Shown here in pieces: positions 56,207-64,000 of a DNA stretch of 64,000 bases. The position numbers were made by a program, and so were the translations under genes. Below the pieces are notes generated by a model. It did not search any database. It had not been told where the DNA came from and saw only the letters and a list, made by a program, of their open reading frames with translations. This stretch comes from an uncultured Bdellovibrionales bacterium (lineage in GTDB: Bacteria > Patescibacteriota > Minisyncoccia > Moranbacterales > UBA1568). How positions within the stretch are numbered: position 1 is the first letter of the stretch; the number at the start of each line of letters is the position of its first letter. Where the stretch lies: assembly GCA_964612055.1 (NCBI GenBank), contig CAZTBI010000003.1:40268-104267 (forward strand), in the 5' to 3' direction.

Positions 56207-58261
56207 TTAGATATCCAGGTTCTTTACGGTTTTCGCGTAAGTCTGAATGAAACGGCGGCGTGGTTCCACTTCGCTACCCATCAAGATATCAAAGAGTTCA
56301 TCAGCGGCTTCGGCATCCTCGATCGTCACCTGAAGCATGATGCGATTGTCTGGATTCATGGTGGTCTCCCAGAGCTGTTCTGGGTTCATTTCTCCGAGAC
56401 CTTTATACCGCTGAATAGCGACGCCACCGATTGTTTCTGAACCTTCGGGAGCAGCTCCAGCTTCTACAACCTCCTCAACACCTGCAGCAGCTACTTTTGC
56501 CTTCTTCGCTTTTCTGGCATCCGCCTTGGCAGAGGCGTCCTTTCTCATATCATCGAGCACCCGCTCTTTTTCTGCATCGGTGTAGACATAGCGAACATCC
56601 TTCCCCTTGGCCAATCTATAGAGCGGTGGCTGAGCAATGTAGATGTTGCCGCCCCGAACCAATTCTTCGTAGTAACGATAAAAGAAGGTGAGGAGCAAAG
56701 TTCGAATATGCGAACCATCGACGTCGGCATCGGCCATGATAATAATCTTGTGGTAACGCAGTTTGGAGATATCCAACGTCTCACCGATCCCCACTCCGAG
56801 CGCAATGATAATCGGTTTCAAGGTGTCGGATTTTACCACCTTATCAAGACTGGTCTTTTCGACGTTCACGAGCTTACCACGAAGCGGCAAGATAGCCTGG
56901 AACATACGGTTGCGACCCTGCTTAGCCGAACCACCGGCCGAGTCTCCCTCTACGATGTACACTTCTGAACGACTGGCATCGCGACTGGTACAGTCAGCGA
57001 GTTTCCCAGGAAGCGTCATGCCTTCGAGCGCCCCTTTGCGAAGCACAGCGTCCTTGGCAGCACGAGCAGCGATACGAGCCCGCACGGTGAGCAAACACTT
57101 TTCAATCATGGCTCGCGCATCAGCTGGATGGGTATCGAGGAATTCATTGAGGGCTTCTGCGGTCACGGATGACACGGCGCCACGAACTTCCACGTTGTTC
57201 AGTTTATCCTTGGTCTGACCTTCAAACTGCGGATTGGCGAGCTTTACCGACACGACCGCGGTCAACCCTTCAGCCAAGTCCTCAGAAGTCATGGAGCCCT
57301 CTTTTTCCTTGAGGAGGTTATTCTTCTTGGCGTAGTCGTTTAAGACACGTGTCAGCGCCATCTTCAATCCCGTGACGTGCGTTCCACCGCCCGGGTTCAA
57401 AATGTTGTTGGCAAAAGCAAACAAGTGTTCTTTGAAACCATCGGTGAACTGGAGTGACACTTCGACATTGATGTTATCGATATTCTTCTCGACATAGAAC
57501 GGAGTCGTATTCTTCACCTCACGCTTGCGATTCAAAAACTTCACGAAAGAAATGATACCGGAATCGAAATAGAAGCCGTGGCGTTTTACTTTATACTCCT
57601 CGCTCTCATTCGTGACATCGCGCCAGTCTTCGACTTTGATGCGCACGCCCTTGGTAAGAAACGCTTGGTAACGGAGATACTCAAGGATCTTACTCCAAGA
57701 GTATTGAATTTCTGGAAAGATTTCCGGATCAGCCTGAAAAGCCACCGTTGTCCCGGTGCGATCTGATTTACCAATAGGTTTGACTGCCCCTTCTGGCTTG
57801 CCGCGCTTGTAGCTGTGAAACCAGGTCTTGCCCTGGCGTTCAACGGTCACTTTAGTATGGACCGACAAAGCGTTCACGACCGACACACCGACACCGTGCA
57901 ATCCTCCGGAGATTTTGTAGCCGCTCTCGCTCCCACCGAATTTTCCTCCCGCGTGGAGCACGGTCATAACCGTCTCGAGCGTGGACTTTTTGGTCTGGGG
58001 GTGAATATCAACCGGAATACCACGACCGTTATCAGCCACCTCGACCCAGTTGTCCGGCATGAGACGCACGGAAATTTCGTTACAGTGGCCCGCCATCGCT
58101 TCATCGATGGAGTTGTTCACTACTTCCCAGACGAGGTGATGAAGTCCTTCAAGTGAAGTACCGCCAATATACATACCAGGACGCTTCCGTACCGGGTCTA
58201 GCCCCTCCAACACTTGAATGGAACTGGCATTGTATCCTGTTGTTTCTGTCTTTTTCGCCAT
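56207..58261 (-). CDS. gyrB: DNA gyrase subunit B
   Basis: VRKRPGMYIG, GGLHGVG, VEGDSAGG, PLRGK, DADVDG, RYKGLGEM. Confidence 0.98.
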   Translation of the reverse strand: MAKKTETTGYNASSIQVLEGLDPVRKRPGMYIGGTSLEGLHHLVWEVVNNSIDEAMAGHCNEISVRLMPDNWVEVADNGRGIPVDIHPQTKKSTLETVMTVLHAGGKFGGSESGYKISGGLHGVGVSVVNALSVHTKVTVERQGKTWFHSYKRGKPEGAVKPIGKSDRTGTTVAFQADPEIFPEIQYSWSKILEYLRYQAFLTKGVRIKVEDWRDVTNESEEYKVKRHGFYFDSGIISFVKFLNRKREVKNTTPFYVEKNIDNINVEVSLQFTDGFKEHLFAFANNILNPGGGTHVTGLKMALTRVLNDYAKKNNLLKEKEGSMTSEDLAEGLTAVVSVKLANPQFEGQTKDKLNNVEVRGAVSSVTAEALNEFLDTHPADARAMIEKCLLTVRARIAARAAKDAVLRKGALEGMTLPGKLADCTSRDASRSEVYIVEGDSAGGSAKQGRNRMFQAILPLRGKLVNVEKTSLDKVVKSDTLKPIIIALGVGIGETLDISKLRYHKIIIMADADVDGSHIRTLLLTFFYRYYEELVRGGNIYIAQPPLYRLAKGKDVRYVYTDAEKERVLDDMRKDASAKADARKAKKAKVAAAGVEEVVEAGAAPEGSETIGGVAIQRYKGLGEMNPEQLWETTMNPDNRIMLQVTIEDAEAADELFDILMGSEVEPRRRFIQTYAKTVKNLDI

Positions 58262-58298
58262 ACTTGCTTCAATTTATATCTTTATCATGATTCACTCT

Positions 58299-58682
58299 TT
58301 ATGCTTCATGCTTCACGAGTCTGCGAAACGTAAACTCAAGAAGGAGTACTGCCGCGAGAACGAGTAACGTATCCCACCACGTCAGCAGCCTGTTCATCTG
58401 CAAAAAAACAATAGCCTCAAAAAAAAGTGCCAGGAGAAATGCCTGCCGGAAAGCACCCCCCAAATGATGAGCAGCACTTGCCTCTCCGAGTCCTTTCCGA
58501 TACACCCAGGTAACACAGAGCGTTGTGATACCCAAGACGACGCCGAAAAAACTGACAAAGAAAAGAATCGACCCCACTGTCCCTGCTCGATACGGATCAA
58601 CCGCTAAAACGATACCAACGAAGGCGCCCAGTGAAAGGAGTAAAAACAAACGAATTCCCCACAAATAGGCAGTCAGTGACAT
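58299..58682 (-). CDS. Four-TM hypothetical membrane protein
   Basis: Four hydrophobic segments, AFRQA motif; ATG 58682. Confidence 0.75.
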   Translation of the reverse strand: MSLTAYLWGIRLFLLLSLGAFVGIVLAVDPYRAGTVGSILFFVSFFGVVLGITTLCVTWVYRKGLGEASAAHHLGGAFRQAFLLALFFEAIVFLQMNRLLTWWDTLLVLAAVLLLEFTFRRLVKHEA

Positions 58683-58865
58683 AGGGTGAAAATAGACAAC
58701 CCTCTCAAAAAACCCTTGGCTAAAAGCAAGGATTTCTCTCTCTATTCTAGCGCTTTTCAAGAAAAAGGGCAATGCCTGCATACGGCCATTCCATCCCTTT
58801 TCTAAGCCATTTTTTTAGGAAAAATACAAAAACCAGCACTCTTTATATGCTGGCTTCTGATTCTT

Positions 58866-59423
58866 CTAGGCACGAGAGACGTAGGTGCCTTTTTCAGTGT
58901 TGATGATGATACGATCACCCGTTTTGACGAAAAGTGGTGTGGTGACCTGGAGACCTGTTTCTAGGGTCACTACCTTGTCACCACCCGAAGCGGTATCGCC
59001 CTTCAACCCTGGAGGGGCATCTGTCACCGCGAGTGTCACTTTGACCGGAATTTCAATATTGATAGGGCTGCCATTCCAATTCAAAATACTGACTTCAGTA
59101 CCCTCGACCAAATACTTGGTCATACCAGAAAGGCTTTCCTCTGTCAGAAAAAACTGATCGTACGTTGCTGTGTCCATAAACTGGTACTGATCCCCTTCGC
59201 GATACAAATACGAAGCATGAGACTTCGACATTTCCGCTTCTTCCACTTTTTCTGCCCCAGTAAACGTAAAGTCGATAATCACACCCGAAAGAAGATTTTT
59301 CAGCTTGGTACGCATCACCGCCCCACCGCGACCGATCATCGAGTGCAGATAATCAAGCACCAGATACGGCTCGCCATTGTGGATGATAGTTCTCCCTGTT
59401 TTGATGTCTGTCAGACCTAACAT
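58866..59423 (-). CDS. efp: Elongation factor P
   Basis: YLY..FMD..TYDQ, PGLKGDTA, LETG..PLFV; loop MIGRGGA. Confidence 0.96.
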   Translation of the reverse strand: MLGLTDIKTGRTIIHNGEPYLVLDYLHSMIGRGGAVMRTKLKNLLSGVIIDFTFTGAEKVEEAEMSKSHASYLYREGDQYQFMDTATYDQFFLTEESLSGMTKYLVEGTEVSILNWNGSPINIEIPVKVTLAVTDAPPGLKGDTASGGDKVVTLETGLQVTTPLFVKTGDRIIINTEKGTYVSRA

Positions 59424-59424
59424 A

Positions 59425-59619
59425 CTAGCGAACAAGGTATGGAACGAGTGCCATGAAACGAGCGCGCTTGATGGCGAGTGCCAAACCACGCTGTTCCTTG
59501 GCGGAAAGACCATAACGCTTCGGAGGATACATCTTGCCCTGCGAGTTCAAAAACTTACGCAGAAAGTATGCGTCCTTGTAATCAACATTTGCTAACTTCT
59601 TACTCATTGCTGCTTCCAT
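59425..59619 (-). CDS. rpsR: 30S ribosomal protein S18 (no Zn ligands)
   Basis: VDYKD..LRKFL..GK, QR.LA.AIKRAR.MALVPY; alternative start 59607. Confidence 0.96.
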   Translation of the reverse strand: MEAAMSKKLANVDYKDAYFLRKFLNSQGKMYPPKRYGLSAKEQRGLALAIKRARFMALVPYLVR

Positions 59620-59645
59620 ACAATTGAATGATAATTGCTAACTGT

Positions 59646-60125
59646 TTAAAAGGGGACATCTTCAATCTTAATCTCTTCCCGCTCGTCCTCCAGATTAATC
59701 GTCGGGATTTCTTCCTCTACCGGTGCGCTCTTCGGTGAAGCGGCGGCGCCTCCTGCGGCTGGAGCGGCGGCACGAGCCATGCCCTGGCCCGATCCTTGAG
59801 CACGACTGCCGAGTTGCATGGTCTCGCCCACGATCTCGGTCACTTTGCGCTGTGAGCCATCTTTGGCAGTGTACTCCCTGGTCTGCAAACGTCCTTCGAT
59901 ATAGCACTCCTGTCCCTTGGTGAGGTATTGCCCAGCAATCTCAGAGAGACGTCCCCAGAGTACCACCGTGTGGAATTCGGTACGCTCCTGACGAGTACCG
60001 CCCTTATCAGTCCAAAAATTATTGGTCGCCATAGAAAGCGTCGCTACCGACTGACCGCTGGTCGTTGTCCGCATATCCGGGTCACGGGTCAGGCGACCGA
60101 CCAAAATCACTTTGTTGACGTTCAT
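59646..60125 (-). CDS. ssb: Single-stranded DNA-binding protein
   Basis: NKVILVGRLTRDP, EGRLQTR, C-terminal EDVPF. Confidence 0.97.
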   Translation of the reverse strand: MNVNKVILVGRLTRDPDMRTTTSGQSVATLSMATNNFWTDKGGTRQERTEFHTVVLWGRLSEIAGQYLTKGQECYIEGRLQTREYTAKDGSQRKVTEIVGETMQLGSRAQGSGQGMARAAAPAAGGAAASPKSAPVEEEIPTINLEDEREEIKIEDVPF

Positions 60126-60155
60126 AGATTTCCGTCTTAATGATTGTTTTGTATG

Positions 60156-60656
60156 TTAGATATCGAGCTTGGCCTTGAGCTGTTCATCGATCTGCTCCGT
60201 GCTGACAGCAGCCTTGGTCTCTTCTTCCTTGACTTGGACAATCGGAGCTGGCATCGGACGGACAGCGCCACGCTTTTCATAGCGGTTACCGCGATTTTCT
60301 GTTCGTGGACGCTCCTCACGCTCGATCGCTTTCAGTTCTGGCAACCCATCAGCATTGATAATGAGAGAGCGTAGGACATCCTTCGAAAGCTGCAGCGCCT
60401 TGTTGATCTCAGTCAGGGGGTGCACCTCTGGATCACTCTCGCGGTCATCTTTTCCTGGCAAGGTAAAACGACGGGCAATGTACGTGCCACGTGCTTCCTT
60501 TTTCACTGGATAGGCCATCTTGCGCTTCTCTTCTGTCTGCACTGGAAGAAACGTACCCCCAAAAGACACCACCAACTTTTCCACATCCTCACGAATACGG
60601 GCCAGTTCTGCGTCCTTCGACTCCCCAACCAAATAAAACAATTCGTACTCCACCAT
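60156..60656 (-). CDS. rpsF: 30S ribosomal protein S6 with C-terminal extension
   Basis: YEL, RKMAYPVKK..GTY, VLRSLII; rpsF-ssb-rpsR order. Confidence 0.92.
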   Translation of the reverse strand: MVEYELFYLVGESKDAELARIREDVEKLVVSFGGTFLPVQTEEKRKMAYPVKKEARGTYIARRFTLPGKDDRESDPEVHPLTEINKALQLSKDVLRSLIINADGLPELKAIEREERPRTENRGNRYEKRGAVRPMPAPIVQVKEEETKAAVSTEQIDEQLKAKLDI

Positions 60657-60830
60657 AGTATTCAACTGGTATAAAAATTAAATCCCCAACAAAGAAAGCC
60701 TTTCCACTGGGGATACTGCTCCTTCTAGTCCTTTATCAGAGCTCTTCGACAGGCTCAGAGTAAAGGCGGAAGAAACGTCGGACTTTCTCAGTTGTTTTCC
60801 CATCGTACCAGAAACTTCTCCTTTTGGCAA
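60657..60830 (-). promoter_or_regulatory. rpsF promoter and structured leader
   Basis: TTGCCA-17-TACGAT (60830-60802); two stem-loops in the ~140-nt leader. Confidence 0.65.
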
Positions 60831-60833
60831 GGG

Positions 60834-60865
60834 TAAACAAATACCACCGGTTTCCCGGTGGTATT
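60834..60865 (-). terminator. Terminator of large surface protein gene
   Basis: AATACCACCGG-GAAA-CCGGTGGTATT followed by TGTTT. Confidence 0.85.
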
Positions 60866-60887
60866 GTCTTTCAGAAAGTACCCCCTC

Positions 60888-63887
60888 TTAAGGAGCGACT
60901 TCTTTCCAGTTGTAGTCACAGGTCCGAGCACCAGGACAATTGAGTGTTCCTCCACAGCTATCCGAAGGGTGGAACTGATCCGTGGTACAGACAAGTTGCG
61001 CCTCATCGGTATAGTTACTGCAAGTCACTTTTGTACAGATAACCGTAATAGCAGAACTATCTGAAAGACTCGAATATGTCGCCTGAATAGTGACAGGGCC
61101 ACCAGGGGTAACACCAGTGACTCTTCCCTTACTACTACCGTTATCTACGCTAGCTATACCACTGTTAGAACTACTCCAATTCGCTGAACTCGTACGATCG
61201 GTTCCGTTCGGAGCAGCACAACCATTGAAGGTGACACCTGTAGTAGTATGCCAAGCCTTGAGAGAAGCTGTTCCTCCTTTGTCCCCTACTGTCGCAGAGG
61301 TCGGACAGACGTTGAGCGCTGCGGCGACAGGATTGGTAATGGTAATCGTTTTCGCAGTAAAGTTAGAGCCCGCTCCTTTACTATCCTGGGCAGAAGCCTG
61401 AATAATGTAAGTGCCAGGAGTAGACCAAGACTTTATTGCTGTCTGGCCAGTACCAGAGGCAACATAACCAGTGCTTGGATAGAATCGATCGACACTATTA
61501 TTCCCATCACCATCGAAGCCATAACGAAGCGTGTCTCCATCTGGATCAGTCGAAGTCATAACATAGCTATAGTTGGTACCAGTCACTCCAGTGGCAGGAC
61601 CAGTAATAGTCGGGACGTTCGGCGCACTATTGACATTGACAGTGACCGAATCTGAATCAGTGCTCGTGCCAGTAGAATCCTTGCAATCTATGGTAAGAAT
61701 ATGCGTACCAGCAGTCAATCCAGCAACTGAATAATCAGTAGCATTGAGAGCGACGCCTCTCCCTGCAGCAGGTGGAATAGTAAGTGAACAACTTGCGGCA
61801 TTGACACTTGTCCAAGTAAGGAGTGCTGTTCCGCCGGCAGGGATATTCACCGCCGGACCGCTCGCTTCAGCAGAATTGGTAAACTGTTTCCAGAAACCAA
61901 GTTGCTTCGCCTTTCCAGTCATCGTGACATCGACGTTACCACCACCCTTGCCACCTTGGCAATAACGGACATAGGCCACGTTATCGACGCTCATATCCTT
62001 ATCACAACAGGAAGTCACGCTCCCCTGGCTACTTGCAGAATTCCCTCCTTTACCAGAGGTACAGACGCCATTCGGATACTTGGAGCACCAGCCAGGGGCA
62101 CTGCCTGCCCAGCCGTCATAGACAGCCTCACCATCACCCCAACCCGGAGCAACACAGGTTGGCTTACCAACGACTCTCAGAGTAACACTCTCCGCTCGAG
62201 GATTGATATATCCGCTCATAGTAACACCAAGAGAAAGAGTGAAGGTACCTGGTGTCATGGGAGCCTTGAGCTTAACATCACTATATGAATTAAAAACACC
62301 CTCACGCAATTCCTGAGCCCTATAACTTTTTCCATCCAAATTTCCTGTATTATTTGAACCATTAACTCCGAAGAATGCACCCCCTGTCACTGGCGTGATA
62401 GGATAATCATCGCTACCAATCGTCTGCCCAATAATGATATCTTCTCCGGGAGAAAAAGTATCTTTAACATTGTAATGAACCATGATAGTCGTTGCTTGAG
62501 GGCAAGGATCATCAGGCCAGCAGTAGTAATTCAAATTATACCCCTTTGAAGCAGCTTGCACTTCTCCCGTCCAGCCAGTAAACAATGCTGAAGCAGCGAA
62601 GATAAAGAGGAGCGGCATCATCCGAGTTGTATTCATACGCTTCCGTGCGAGATAACCAATCACAATCAATACCGGGAGTGAGAACAAGAGAATCAGTCCC
62701 CATGACATCATGGGTGTCGAGGTCATTTCATTCAAAGTAGGTGTCACCGCTGCTGCACGCACTGGTACTCGTTCCCCGAAAGCACGCACTGCCTGGTCAA
62801 GCTTCTTCCCAGAAGCATCAGAGAGCGTCACCATGATGACTGGATAGCGACATTCTTTGTCTATCGTAAAGGCACCGGTACTTTCATTTTTTGTCACATC
62901 AAGAGGAAGTTTGAGTGATCCAGCACAGGCCTTACCTTCAGAAGTAAGTGAGAGAGCGACTTGGTACGTACTGTCATCATACGTTTCTGTCAGAACTGAA
63001 ACTGGTACCGTAGACTTCCCATCCTTCTGCTCCACTTCCGTATCAGCAATGGCAACAATCTTACCGCCGACACCCTCTATAGCAATCGGAGTCCGAACAG
63101 ATACACCCACTGGGCGATCATCACTATCAAGCGGGGTGATTTCTAATTGATAGAACCCTGCTGGCAGCGCCTGGGAAAGCGGCACCGCCACAGAAGCAGC
63201 CTGCTTCGACAAAGATACCTCTGTCCGTCCAACTTCAAAGGCCGGGGCATAGCGCGAGTCAGTCAAGCGAACAGAGACAGTGGTCATGCCCGCCTCTTCT
63301 CCGCTCCAGGTCGCTTGACACGCGACACTGACCTCCGCAGGAGCGCTTTCTTTCACCTTGATATCATCTGAGAGAGACTGGCCAGAAAAAGTACAGTCTG
63401 AGAGACTCACTCGTTCTGTTCCGGAAAACTTCATGTCATCCAGATTAACCATACTGATGAGATTTCCCTTTTCATCACTGGCCCCAACGGACACGGTATA
63501 GATGCCCGAAAGAAACTTCGGTGAAGGAACAGTAAATTCCACACGCTCTTCCGTATCGCCTGCTATGGTATAGAGTTCAGGTGTGCGGGCGATGTACAAA
63601 CGATCAGATCCTTTGGCGCTGGTATTCCGAAAGTCCACTCCGAGACGATACTTCTGTTGATCAGGGGAAGTATTCTTCAGTAAAAGACTAAAAACAAGGC
63701 TGCCACTATTCTCATCCCCTGCGGTATAGGGAGCCAAGATCTCAAGCGAGTCAGTGGCATAATCCGCTCCTACTACAGTCTCTGGAGCGAGCTTCTCTTG
63801 CGCCTGCACGTGCCCTGTATATGAAAAAATGCCAACACCTGCGAGTACTATCCACGCAAATGCCCCAAACACTCTAGATGCGTTCAT
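60888..63887 (-). CDS. Large surface protein with two signal-peptide-led halves (Ig-like, Cys-rich, PKD/Big-2-like)
   Basis: Start moved to ATG 63887; signal peptide, beta-rich region, TM, second signal peptide, DPDGD..YGFD and WSSSN..IASVD..G.VTGV motifs, ends NWKEVAP. Confidence 0.8.
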   Translation of the reverse strand: MNASRVFGAFAWIVLAGVGIFSYTGHVQAQEKLAPETVVGADYATDSLEILAPYTAGDENSGSLVFSLLLKNTSPDQQKYRLGVDFRNTSAKGSDRLYIARTPELYTIAGDTEERVEFTVPSPKFLSGIYTVSVGASDEKGNLISMVNLDDMKFSGTERVSLSDCTFSGQSLSDDIKVKESAPAEVSVACQATWSGEEAGMTTVSVRLTDSRYAPAFEVGRTEVSLSKQAASVAVPLSQALPAGFYQLEITPLDSDDRPVGVSVRTPIAIEGVGGKIVAIADTEVEQKDGKSTVPVSVLTETYDDSTYQVALSLTSEGKACAGSLKLPLDVTKNESTGAFTIDKECRYPVIMVTLSDASGKKLDQAVRAFGERVPVRAAAVTPTLNEMTSTPMMSWGLILLFSLPVLIVIGYLARKRMNTTRMMPLLFIFAASALFTGWTGEVQAASKGYNLNYYCWPDDPCPQATTIMVHYNVKDTFSPGEDIIIGQTIGSDDYPITPVTGGAFFGVNGSNNTGNLDGKSYRAQELREGVFNSYSDVKLKAPMTPGTFTLSLGVTMSGYINPRAESVTLRVVGKPTCVAPGWGDGEAVYDGWAGSAPGWCSKYPNGVCTSGKGGNSASSQGSVTSCCDKDMSVDNVAYVRYCQGGKGGGNVDVTMTGKAKQLGFWKQFTNSAEASGPAVNIPAGGTALLTWTSVNAASCSLTIPPAAGRGVALNATDYSVAGLTAGTHILTIDCKDSTGTSTDSDSVTVNVNSAPNVPTITGPATGVTGTNYSYVMTSTDPDGDTLRYGFDGDGNNSVDRFYPSTGYVASGTGQTAIKSWSTPGTYIIQASAQDSKGAGSNFTAKTITITNPVAAALNVCPTSATVGDKGGTASLKAWHTTTGVTFNGCAAPNGTDRTSSANWSSSNSGIASVDNGSSKGRVTGVTPGGPVTIQATYSSLSDSSAITVICTKVTCSNYTDEAQLVCTTDQFHPSDSCGGTLNCPGARTCDYNWKEVAP

Positions 63888-63945
63888 AAGCAACAATAAA
63901 AATTTAGTTTTGATTTTTACATTTTTAATATACCACAAAATAAGC

Positions 63946-63980
63946 AAAAGAAAAAGGCACCCTGCATTACACAAGGTGCC
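63946..63980 (-). terminator. Terminator of upstream unit outside the window
   Basis: GGCACCTTG/CAGGGTGCC plus U-tract. Confidence 0.7.
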
Positions 63981-64000
63981 ATTCGGGAGATCCCGAAGAG

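Noticed and set aside
63888-63974. Track N-terminus of the 1028-aa ORF
   Set aside because: It spans a terminator and an extended -10 box; the signal peptide begins at ATG 63887
1-64000. CRISPR arrays, tRNA/rRNA genes, integrases, transposases, introns or inteins
   Set aside because: None recognised by eye; conserved genes have normal lengths apart from low-complexity tails

Overview
Housekeeping-rich 64 kb segment of a Patescibacteria (CPR, Parcubacteria-like) chromosome. The assignment is inferred from the missing uL30, SD-less core genes, extended ribosomal proteins and split ComEC. Nearly all genes lie on the minus strand: rpsF-ssb-rpsR-efp, gyrB, rplY, hisS-HIT-rpsU-yqeY-ybeY-dgkA, ftsA-ftsZ, nrdR-comEC, ndk, the str/S10/spc clusters, a galT-tpiA-fba-gap block, murD, csoR-SDR-trxB, murA-mreB, two GT4 genes, holB and an ftsQ-like gene cut by the window edge (absent from the ORF track). 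The most unusual signals are: (1) a 166-bp rod-like element in two near-identical copies whose different flanks extend the pairing, plus further 50-150 bp folded intergenic elements, one with a TCAA duplication; (2) a promoter- and terminator-bounded candidate ncRNA of about 170 nt; (3) a 10-nt Shine-Dalgarno before rpsU while neighbouring core genes have none, suggesting bS21-controlled SD use; (4) a ~1000-aa surface protein with a second internal signal peptide; (5) an OB-fold/NfeD/flotillin operon; (6) a D-aminoacylase homolog lacking most catalytic ligands. All structures and motifs were read by eye; no folding or database search was run.
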